Below are positions 19,401 through 30,600 of a DNA stretch of 64,000 nucleotides, piece by piece. The translations under genes were made by a program, and so were the position numbers. The stretch comes from Haplodiscus bocki (Eukaryota): positions 144,336,001 through 144,400,000 of the forward strand of contig OZ296649.1 of the NCBI GenBank assembly GCA_965655095.1, read 5' to 3'. The notes under the pieces are model-generated. The model made no database searches and was not told where the DNA came from. It saw only the letters and a list, made by a program, of their open reading frames with translations. The first letter of the stretch is position 1. Every line of letters begins with the position of its first letter.

Positions 19401-20345
19401 ACAAGAAAAATTATTTGGTACCTTATAGGATGTTGAAATTTTATCTTAGACATGGTATGATAGTTGATAAAGTTCATAATATAATATCATTTAGACAGAG
19501 TAGATGGTTAGAGAAATATATAAAATTAAATACTCAGAAAAGAAATCAAGCTGTAAATGATTTTGAAAAGGGTTTCTACAAATTACTAAATAACGCTTTT
19601 TATGGTAAGACAACGGAAAATGTTAGGAATCGTTTGGAACTAAAATTTATTAAAAAAGATAATTATAGAAAAATAAGAGAATATCAATCTAAATTAACAT
19701 TCAATGGTATTCATAAATCATATGAGAATTGTGATAATTATACAATTAAACAAAACGAAGTTCTTATGGATAAGCCAATTTATCTAGGACTCACTGTATT
19801 AGAATTGAGTAAATTTTTAATGTATGAGACATATGATGATATACTACAAGTATATTTAGGACAAGAAAATATACAACTACATTATATGGATACTGATAGT
19901 TTCGTATTATGTGTAAATACAAAAGACATTATCAAAGATTTGAAAAATTTTCAAGAGATATTTGATTTCAGTAACTTAGACAAAAATCATGAACTTTTCA
20001 GTAAAAAAAAATAAAAAAGTAATTGGTAAATTTAAAATTGAAACACCTGAGAATATTTGGATAGATGAATTTGTTTGTCTAAGAAGTAAAATGTATGCTT
20101 TTAAATGTGGTGATGATAGTAAAAATAAATTGAAAGGTATATCAAAATCTCAATCTAGAAATATTAAATTTGAAGAATATAAAAAATGTTTAGATGGAGA
20201 ACAATATCAACGAGAATGTATTAATTATATTATTAAATAAATTAATCGTGAAATGGTTCTTCAAGAAGTAAAAAAAACAACACTATCTATTTTCGATGAT
20301 AAACGATGTTATATAAATAATATTGAAAGTAAACCGTGGAATTAG
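16494..20345 (+). pseudogene. Protein-primed family B DNA polymerase (pPolB), frameshifted
   Basis: ExoI YADVE, EndoVII-like insert CRFC..VRDHCQLTGEYRGPAH, ExoII FHNFSNY, FIDSYRF, ExoIII YLKSDV, motif A YIDANNLYG, motif B KLLNNAFYGK, motif C YMDTDS, KLKG; ends KPWN* at 20345. Confidence 0.96.
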
Positions 20346-20406
20346 TATTATTAAATGGTTGTAAAAGTAAAAGAAATCTTATAATTTGTAATTTTCTGTA
20401 TCCTAA

Positions 20407-20694
20407 ATGAAAACGATAAGTGATTGTTTAAATTTATTTGATTGGATAATGTCGTCTAATATAGAAAAACGTATTGGTATTGAAAGTCTTGAAAATGCTC
20501 GTGATTATGTGATTCAAACGACTAATGATAATTGTTTTGAAAATAACATGATAATGCTTGATATTCTTTCCGGAATAAATCTCATAATAGAAAAATTTCA
20601 TATCGCTGAAGATATTGAAATTAAAAAAGAGTGTGAAACGTTGAGAAAATTTTTATTAATTTGGTTAGATAAGTTGTATAAAAATATAGAATAA
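20407..20694 (+). CDS. Hypothetical 95-aa helical protein, paralog of 3020-3307
   Basis: Intact ORF, TAAATG start, ends just before the right TIR. Confidence 0.7.
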   Translation: MKTISDCLNLFDWIMSSNIEKRIGIESLENARDYVIQTTNDNCFENNMIMLDILSGINLIIEKFHIAEDIEIKKECETLRKFLLIWLDKLYKNIE

Positions 20695-20709
20695 TTATTA
20701 AGATCAAAC

Positions 20710-21055
20710 AATTGTATGTAATTTTATATTTTCAATTTAATTTCTAATTCAACTTAATCGTATACTTTCCCGACTAGTAGTGTACAAAAAAGCATTTGAC
20801 ATTAGGCATGCATGACGCAGCGTCGTCCGACACCAACCACTCAACAAAATCACAAAATTACAAATCCTAGGGTGTAATTATTTTTTATTGTATTCATTCA
20901 ATTATTTGATTAACGAATTTTATTCTTCTAATTATTAGTTATTATATAATTATACACCCTAAGATTTGTATTTTTTGTGATGACGGGAAAGGGGTTGGTG
21001 TCGGACGACGCTGCGTCATGCGTGCCTGGTGTCAATTGCTTTTTTGTACACTACT
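20710..21055 (-). repeat. Right terminal inverted repeat (internal hairpin 20776-21055)
   Basis: Reverse complement of 1495-1839; ends GTACACTACT. Confidence 0.95.
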
Positions 21056-21061
21056 GTCGCT
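21056..21061 (+). repeat. Right 6-bp target-site duplication GTCGCT
   Basis: Matches 1489-1494. Confidence 0.95.
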
Positions 21062-21064
21062 GTT

Positions 21065-21104
21065 ATAGTCGGGCACTTTTTACTGTAAAAAGTGCCGTCT
21101 AAAA
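21065..21104 (+). repeat. 3' stem-loop end of a HINE/DINE-like host repeat split by the Polinton
   Basis: TAGTCGG followed by the perfect inverted repeat GGCACTTTTTAC-T-GTAAAAAGTGCC (21072-21096); TAGTCGG is complementary to CCGACTA in the repeat head at 52468. Confidence 0.45.
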
Positions 21105-24100
21105 TTACGAAATTGGAGAACTGTTCAATTGATATTTTTAGTAATCACTCTTCATTTTGTAGAGTTCTGATCTATTTTTTTTCAATTTTACAAAAAATCA
21201 AACCTTACTTCAAAATATCAATGATTCCACCGAATTTTCACCATAGAATCGATTTTGGATGTATCATTAAATCTTTGTTTTCTCTACAACTTTATTTTTT
21301 TGACACTCCTGAAAATGACTGCCTTAAGAAGTTTACGCCGAGAATCATTCAAATTTAGTTGTTTTTCATGTATTGCTGATGAGGTTCACATTTTTTCAAG
21401 GGTTTTTTGAAGAATTAAAGAAGACTTTTAAAGCAGACATTTTTAGCAAAATTGTCATTAAAGTTGAAAGTTGTAGAGCAGACAAAAAGCTGCACCTTCC
21501 TGTGAAAGTTTGTTTTTGATTTGAGAAGGAATCGTTGAGTCGATGTTGAAAGAAGCACAGTCTCCGGTTAATTTGCGAAATCACAAGAGAGATAAGTTCT
21601 CAAAAATTAGTTTGATAACAAAAAAATTACAAAAATCCGTGGTCTTCAAAAATCGATTATTTTTTGTTTCTATTGTTCTTCTGAGAATTGGATTAATTGG
21701 AATAAATGGGGATTCAAAGTTTTTAGCTCTCTGCCTAGTTTTTTTTCATAAGCCGTAGTTCAACGTGGTCGCAATTCGGGAATTGGGATCTCTCTCGACT
21801 GGTCATAATTTTTGCTAACTTGTGAATTCTCGGCTATCTGCCAAACACTTGGCAGTTTTACAAAGCTGTTCGGATAATCAAATTATTCGGGTTACGAATC
21901 AGAGAGTTTATTGCCCTAAAAGACACTAAAATGACAAAAATGTCAATTTCGCTAATAATTAAGTGTCCAAATTTTAAAGTTGCTATCAGTGAACCACTCC
22001 TCGCTGTGGTTTACTCTGCGGTTCCTATCAAGAGTCAGCGTTATATTTAGAGCAGCGTTTGAAAGTGGTTGACACTTAAGAGGGTGGGGAAGGGGGGTTC
22101 TGATCAAAAGGGGGCTCCAAATTACTGTCAGATTTTTTTGATTTATTAGACCCAAATTTGGAATTTACTCGACTTTCTATCAGCATTTGCATCAATTGAG
22201 GTCGGGAAAGCGTAAACTTTGTGAGTGGCAGACTGAACAAAATGCTACTTTGTGAACAAAAACTAGCTAAACGATTTTTTTGTAACTTAAAGCTCGGTAT
22301 AAGCCGTGGCAGTGCAGATTTCCGAAATCGACGATTTTGTTTTTGATTCAAAAACTCGAAGTCATCGCACATCAACTCTTACAACATACTAGGCATCCAC
22401 AATTTGTAAAGGCGGAAAATCCCAAACTGGTGCCCTTTTTTGTCCAGACTAAACGCCATCAGATAAACAAGTGGTACAGAAATAGTGAAAAAACCCGGAG
22501 AGCTTAAACTTTTCCTTGAAACTCTGCAATTATGACTAGTTTGGTAGCTAGATTTCCTTGGAAAATTATTTTTTCCAATAGTGAGTGTATTCCCACTCAG
22601 CCAGTACCATGCCCAGAGTTTTAAACAGCTGATTTTGGGTGTCAGTTGTCAGAAGATAAATTTGAGAGTTGTCGATGTCAATCCACTTGATCAATTACCC
22701 CCTCCTCTCGCGAGACCAACACGGACGGTCGGGTACCAAAAATGCGGACAACTTGGGCGTACGAGGATCTTCCGTGGTCCAGAACTGCACTGTTCAATAC
22801 CCGCAATTATGTTGATAAAGTGTGGCAGGTTTCTATCACATAAAAATTTTGCTTGGTGACAACATTGGTATCAGCGAGGAGTCGTGGCTTGAAATGTGGA
22901 TCATGGAAGATCGTGGATTTCGCTTCAAAAAAAATTGGTACCCGGTAACAGTAATTTCCGTGTGTTTTTCAAATCCTGAGGGCGTGAAAATTCTTTTGAT
23001 CGAGTCATGGCATTGTTTCTTGTGGCTGGAGGAAGAAGTTGGGCGTTCATTTCTGAAAACAATCCAGTAATTTTTTGTTAGTTTTGCTAGTTTCAGGGTA
23101 ACCATTATTCAGTAAATTTTCAATTTTCGTAATCCAGCCTGAACCCTGGAGTTTTTTAACTTTAACGTAGTTTTTTTCACCGTTTTGCTTAATACGGCCA
23201 AAATGCAGTTTAAAAACAACCCGAAAATGGCACATGTTCCCCTTTCGTCTTCATGCGAATCGTTCATGGTGAGCATCCTCTTGCCCGAAAATCCAGTACT
23301 GAAAGTTCTTGATTCCATCGGGGGTGTTTTCTAATGATGTCTTTAGGGCGACCTAATAGTGGAAACTCAATGGCGTTGTTTTTCCTTCTAGATAAGTTCG
23401 AAATCATACGAGGCCTACTGGACTCCTCAAGTCTCCAGTAGGTGTCTGTACAGATCGGTGCTTGGCAGAAGTAGAATTTTTAGGCATCAATGTAGTCTTG
23501 GTTCTCCACGAGAACCACGATTTGCAAGCTTACGATTTGCATTGTGCCCTCACGATTTGCAAGCTTACTAAAAAGAGAAGGGAATATAAGAAGATCGACG
23601 AAAAAGAAAAGCAAATGAGCCGTAGAAAGCCAAAAAACAGTCCGAAAATGAAGAATGGACGAGATTGAAGAAAAATACCAGAACCCCTGAACCTTCCAGT
23701 ACAACCACGTGAAACGTTCGTTGGTGCAACTTGTGCACGGCTGCTTCAAAGGAAACCCGATGAAGTTCCTGGGAAAGTCATTTTAGGATTAATTTTTTGC
23801 TCGAAAAGCTGTTTTTTTCCTGATCTTTACCAGTTTTCAAATAATTGTTTTTGTTGCGTTGGAGGCCGAATCAGCGATGTCTGTATTGGACGGGAAGCTA
23901 AGTTGCAGCCCAATCAAGGTGGGGCAACAGTGCGAATTTACCGCACTAAGCGCACCAAGTTGCCAAATTCAGACCTCATATTGTGGCTATCTAAACTGTT
24001 AAAATTTCAGTCCAAAAACGTCAAGTCTGGGACGATTTGGCAGAAAATCGTTCTCGAAACTCATGCTTGGTGCTCAGATGGAATCCAAGCTCAAAAGAGT

Positions 24101-27100
24101 CAAATTTAGCACACAAAAGGTTTGGGTCAGAAGTTTTATTCTAAAGGAAGGACTCCCAACCCCTTTGGACACGAAACTCACCAAAATTGTCTGGTTGCGA
24201 AAAGTCTTCTGAGGAAACAAAACTCACAGAAGCTGACACAGAAAGAAACGTATATGGAACCATTAAAATGATGAGATAGCCGAGGACTTTCACAGTTTTA
24301 ATCAGCTCGAGTGGTCAAAATCTTGAGGAGTTTATCCCGAAAACAACGAAAAATAGTCTGTTATGAGGAAGGCAATTGCTGAGCCGGGGTTAAGCTAACA
24401 ACCACTTCTAGGGTGGGGAGGACCAGAAATAAGCAAAACTGGTCAATTCAACCTTGCGGTCCTGATCCCAAATCCATGAAGTGTGTAAACAAGGGGCAAA
24501 AACTTGAAAATTTAACTCTTTGAGTAAAAAAATTTACTCTGAATGTGAGTTTTGCACGTATTTTTTTCTGGAATTTTATCGCTGAGGCCGTGCCTAATGT
24601 GTTCCACCCGAGTCTTTTTGGGGGTTAATGGGGCCGTTTGCGGACTTTTGGAAAACTTCATGAGTGTTTTCTTTTCATCATTTTTTGGCTGTTTTTCTGG
24701 TCCTTTTCTCGGGAATTTTGCATCTTGTTCCGATGCTCTTGCTTCCCGCAACTGGCAGTGGGCCTATTCGTGAAGAGGAACCAAGCCTAAAAGATATCCT
24801 AGTAATTCTTCTTATGGAGCTAAACACCGATCTGGACAGACACCTACCAGATGTATGCGGAAAAAGTAAATCTAGTGAATCAAATGCGGAAGGTATTGTC
24901 TATTAAGAAGTTGCCTCAACGACGTTGTTCGGAAGCACTCGTGGAGGATTTGGGGAGCCCATCAGGAACGATTCCGGGTGAGTAAATTGTTAATTTGCTC
25001 ATTTCGGTCTGATTTGTGGCAGGGTTTTGGCACGAATTGTTTAAGCATTACAAAGTATGCTGAAATTGAGCCAGAGAACCCTCGGAATAAGCCCAGATTA
25101 GTAAGATTACATAAAAATACTAACTAACGGCGTACCCTGAATTTACCCAAAACGGGGTAAAATTACGAAATTTCTCTCACAAATGAGTGCAATTTCTTCT
25201 TCAACCACCAAGCATTGTGCCACGTCAGTAGTTTTTGACGCCCTCAGGACTTGGAAACACCCGAAAACGAATTCTTAACTTAAGGTTTCCATTACAATAA
25301 AATATATAAAAGTAGCGTGTTCGAATCTCAGCAGGAACTAACTTTTCCTGCTAGTACAATCTCATCGAACTTTAACGATACTGTTTTGCGACAATCTTGG
25401 ACAAATTAAAAGAATTTGAGATTGAAAAAAAAACAACTTTCGCGTAGTCTCGATCCCCAGCCTCTGATATTTCCTAGGCATCCAATCTTGATCAAAAAAT
25501 CACGTCATCTGATGCATGCTTCCTACATGTAGAGAATCGGACAAGTCGACGCACATGATTTTGCGACTGCCTAAAATCAGGTTTCCAAATCAGCAATAGC
25601 GCTTTCTAAATAATTGGTTGGCGCTTTCAAAAAATTCAAATGTTTCAAATGAAAACAAAAGCGACTATTACAGTGGCTTTTGTTTTTCTAGGCAGTCAAA
25701 ATTGACGAAAATCTAGTTGCACAGTAATCGGGGAAATTGTACTGAAAGCCTATTAAAGGGCAATCCAAAGCTGGACAACGTATTATAGATTGTACAAAAA
25801 TACAAAAATCCCAAAATCTCAATACAAAAAATTTGCAAAATCTAGTATCCAAGATTCTAATGACACCCACTTCACTGAAAAACGGCGTAGATAACTTTAT
25901 ACGAAAAAAGCAAGCATATGCATCTGCGACCAGAATGCATTTCTGATCCATATGAGATTTTAACGGCAGTACTTGCTAAATTTACATGCTATTCCGCGGG
26001 CAAGGACGACATGAGATTTACAGGAAATTTCTCATGTGGTGTAGTTGCATGTAACCTTGTTGACCGCGACTGGTGAAACTCTCCATAGGCATCGGTCTAG
26101 CTCAAACAACTTTCATTTTTTCGAAAAAAAAAAGAGGTTTTATGATCAATTTGATGAGACGCTACGAGTCCACATTAAGTGAACGATCTTATGACAACTT
26201 GAATCCACAAGAAGGCAGCTACTTCTTTAGTAAAACGCCACGAGAAATGAGTTGAGTAGAGAAACTTTCCCATTTAACCCAAGAATATGAGATTTTTTTG
26301 GTGGCAAGATTAGGAATCCCTACCGAATGGTGCATGAAAGTTTTTCATCTTAAACTAAATTTTGCAGGCGAATAATTTATAAAACATAGTAAATTCAGAA
26401 ATTTAGCATTCAAGTATTTTATAAATTTTCACTGCTGGCTTGAAAAAATGTTCACGTTTCGGACAATGCATAGATAATCTAAATTATTTCGGTTGCCAAT
26501 GTTGACGACCGTTGATCTATTATTTGTTCATAAGTGACGCGCGATGGCGGAATATCAACTACTGTCGAACTAAAGTCTCGTACCTATTATTGCTGTTCCT
26601 GGCAGGGTTCTAGAGGTTCCCGTTTTCGCATTGAGCAAGATTTCAGTTTGCAGACGATGAGTAAGTGGACTCGCGTCGGAGTAGTTTTAACTGACTAGTC
26701 CTGCATCAGTTTAAACGCTTCTACGTGTTCTACAGTTAAACAAAAAGCTCATAAAACTGATGAAAGGTTAAATTTATGTTGTCAGCTGATAGCAGTGTTG
26801 CTGCAATGCAGTATCCACTGAAATTACAAAGTGAGGATATAAAGCGATGGGAACATTTAAAGTATAAAGTTAGGATCTTGTTAGTACTGGATAGCTCCGT
26901 TTCGCTCTGGTTATCTCTGTGTTAAGGATTGGTGCAGAGTTTTTTCTGCGACTGGATTTGCGCGGCAACGTGACCAATGGTAAGACTCAACTCTTACTAT
27001 CGGTAAGCTCTTATTGGCTCGTCGCCTTATTGATAATTTGATTGAATGTTTTGTGAAATGCAATTCCACCGCGAGAGTGTCAGATGCATAATATTTATGC

Positions 27101-27439
27101 AAATTATTGTGCAACTTTATGACTGAAAGAAAAATGACGTAAATGTCCGCTCAACTAAAGGTAATAAACATTAAATAAGACACAGTTATCATATTTTCAG
27201 TTCAAATAGTCAAATGAGGATACCTACCACATTTTATGATTAACATCGGAAAATGTCCATGTGCTAGATTCCTGAGATTGTTCAATTTACATTGACGTCC
27301 GAAAGTTTCTTTAAACTGATGTATGAGCTAGGTATGCTCGAGGGTTGTCATCTCCGCTGTCACTGTGGTCCTTCTGGGATATCGGAAACTTCTTTGTGAG
27401 CTTATAAATCTCCTCTTATTGAATCAAGAGGTAGTCTAA

Positions 27440-27618
27440 ACTCAGACATCGGAAAAAGTCTGTGTTAGCACCGTTAAATGTAGTTTTTAATTAAGGCGTC
27501 GATGAGGGTCGTTTCAGAAGTAGTAAATCAGTTTATTGACTCAGACCTTGGAAGATGTCTGTTCAGCATCAGTGATTCAGTATTTCTACTCAGACATTGG
27601 AAAACGTCTGTGTTCTGG
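27440..27618 (+). repeat. Degenerate 49-bp minisatellite with CAGAC...GTCTG dyad
   Basis: ACTCAGAC at ~27440, 27539 and 27588, with one degenerate unit between. Confidence 0.55.
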
Positions 27619-30600
27619 TGTAAGTTATTCTTCTGACCAAAACCTATGTGTTCTATTACGTCTATACTTGTTCGTGTTTTATCCAATGGTTTCTGTCGGC
27701 AGACTAGTTACAGGGGTGTTATTCAGCGTTCTCCGTCCTGGATGGACGCAAACCGATGTATTCCATTAACTTCTCCCAAATCCATCCTGCATGTTTTTTG
27801 TCTATGGCTAGTGAGTGTCTATTATGTCCCTTTGAGAGTTCTTGTGTTTACCTACTGCGGAATGAATTGTGAGGACGAAAACATCAACACGGATATTTTC
27901 CTCTGTGGAACAGATTTGGCTCATTTGTTCAATTTATAGTCTGGTTAGTGGGATTACAGCCATACAGAGGGCACTCGTAATGCTGCGAAATTCCGGCCGT
28001 GGCTTACTGGTGTCTGTTTGTGGCCTAATATGAATTTCCATCTTTGAGCTTCGGTCAGTCTCTAGCGCTAATGTTTCTGGCTATTTTCGAACTTTTGGTT
28101 TCGGTGTATACAAACCTGCTGTTTTATAAAATGCTCCACAAGACTTAGTTTTACAAACTACATTTGTGTTATATAAAATATAGTCGCTTTCATATCGAAA
28201 CGAGAGTGGAAGCAATATAACATAGTTGGATTTATAAGCCTTTTTAAGTTACAGAACCAGCATTAGGATCTTTTTTACTATAGTTATTTCATACATATCT
28301 TCATACATATAAAAGATAGACGATGCAAGACTTACAAGTATCTTTAACTACTCCAAACGAAAATTACGGTAAAATAGGAAAGATGTCTGCTCCATGTAAA
28401 ATAACTACAGTTGCATCTTAAAACTTGAAATCTTTCAATGGTTTTTTGTTGTTTGCTTTTGTAAGTAACTTATGAAACCCCGCAAAATTTTACAAGATCC
28501 ATTAAATAAACTTTTGAAATTTCAACGCAACAGCCAAAATCCAGGCATGGAAGTTTTAATATGAACTTTTCAAAAACATTCAAAAGTTTCCATTTTCGGA
28601 CTGGAATGGGCAAAAAATATGAAGAAGATTTGAGTTTTTGGCTACCGGCCGGTATGGTCTGCTAACATCTTGGACTAGGTTTTTCTAACTTCTCAGAGAA
28701 ACGCCAGAACCAATTTCGTTCTAGACACCAGGTAAAACTCCGAGCCTTGCCAGCCGAAACCACAGGTAATCAATACCCACTGAAAAGCCATTTTTACAAT
28801 GCTACGTATGTTCAGTCGTACTCGCAGCGCCAACTTGGGCCGCTCCTGGCATGTTCATGCTGCTCTCTTCATCTCGAATTTTGACCCAACAGTTACCTCA
28901 TTATCCCACTTTCTCTATATGTTAGTTCCAATTGACTTGAAACTGAAAGTAGAACAATAAAATTGACTGTTGCAGTTGACTTCCAAGTCATTACGTTCAT
29001 TGATTTTGAAAAAATCGAAAAAAAAATGTCAAGGATTTTTAGTCGTTATCATTTTGAAGGGAAAACTATACAGATGGCAAATTGAGACACGTTTTTTGCG
29101 GTGCAGAGTCTATTATCTTAGTTCTTCAAAATTCCCTAGTCTACATTTCTTGAAAAATTGATCTCCGTAGAGAAAACAGCTTTTTACCATCATTTTCTCA
29201 AGTTGCTGTTCTCATCAAGCTCTGATTCCCTCCCAAAAACTTCTGTAAACCAAATTTTCAACTAAATCTCGAAGTTGCCTTGGATTTAATTTTTTATGTG
29301 ACATACTTTTAGAAGATGAAAAAGGAAACTTCGAAATTAGGTAATCTGCTAATACAAAGCGTTTGATTGATTCCCGCGTGAACAGCTTCAAACAGTCATA
29401 CATACGGTGAAAACAGATTTTGAAAAACTGATGAGAATTAGTCATGAAAATTAATTGTGAAAAAATTGCATCAGTTTTGTCAATTACGGACCATTTTAAA
29501 TATTGAACCGGAAAGTATTTGATATTAAAAGGACATGCCTTGAATTTTTTTTCACACATCTGAAACGATGGCTTGCAACGTCAAAATTAACTTGCTATAA
29601 TTGTTACTACACATAAACAATTTATATAAAGGTGTCGGTTCACAAGTCTGGAAGAATAAAATTTTGCTTGAAATTAAAATCAACCAATCAAATTTAAGCA
29701 ATTTACATGCGCTCGCATCTTCAAACCATTCATTATAACGTAACGAGACAAGTATCTCAAACCTCGAACAGTTACAGAGGCACCAAGTAACAATTCCTGA
29801 GCGTAATGAGAGCACGTATACCACGCTTGAAGAGAGCCGAACGGTAGATGTGGCAGTGCCCAAGGCACCGGTTTCAATAGTGATTACTTTTTAAACTTAG
29901 CTAATTTATTTTCGGACTTGTGCAAACCAAACTTATTTTCGGACTTGTGAAAAGCCGCCATATATAAAACATAAAGTTGTGAAATTGTTCATTTAACGTC
30001 AGTCACTCACTTACATATATTTGGTTACGTGTATGTACAATTCACTCTTCATCAACAGCAGCTGAATTGTCCGCTTGAAACGTCGAAATGTAAAGCTAAA
30101 ACTGAATTTCCGTTATTCTTGTTGTTTTTTGTCTTTTGTTTTCGTTTGAATGCTGAGTGAGTGAATCAATGCACATTCTGTGGCAGCTACTTCTTTTGAA
30201 TTCTGTGAAATTTTGAGCAAACTGATATTAAATTTTTGTCTCTTTTGTCAGTTTATAAAACACCCCTTTTTTATTTATTAGCCCGTTGCTTCAATTTTAT
30301 CTAGCTTATGGAGGCTGTTGTGAATATTGATTGAAAAAAGGACAGATGCTACTCCCTTGTTCGAGCTTAACCAGGGGCCTGTTTTTCTTTTTACCGCAAC
30401 TGATTTGAAACAATCAATCTGAATATCATAAACGCAGAACAGAGTATCAAACCCAAAATTTTGCTTTTGAAAGAGTTTGCAGAAGTGAGAATGAGACATT
30501 GCAAGAACCTGCATAGGCAGAAAATATACGTTTGAGACCTTGATAAAAGAAATACAACCATTAGTTGTGGAGGAAAAGGAGTTCGAAAGCCCATATATCA

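Larger units (their letters stand above)
1495..21055 (+). mobile_element. Full-length Polinton/Maverick (endogenous polintovirus/adintovirus), 19,561 bp, pseudogenising
   Basis: Termini A(A/G)TAGTGTAC...GTACACTACT, 6-bp TSD, ~345-bp TIRs. pPolB, rve integrase, A32-like ATPase, MCP, penton and cysteine protease are all recognisable by motif. Gene-dense, intronless and more AT-rich than the flanks. Confidence 0.97.

Noticed and set aside
6427-19477. Minus-strand ORFs at 6427, 7522, 8604, 8946, 9597, 10963, 12225, 15151 and 19247
   Set aside because: Antisense shadows of recognisable plus-strand Polinton genes, with no motifs of their own.
22581-22859. Possible gag zinc-knuckle remnant (YQKCGQLGR)
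   Set aside because: Incomplete CCHC pattern and no convincing adjacent protease or RT motifs.
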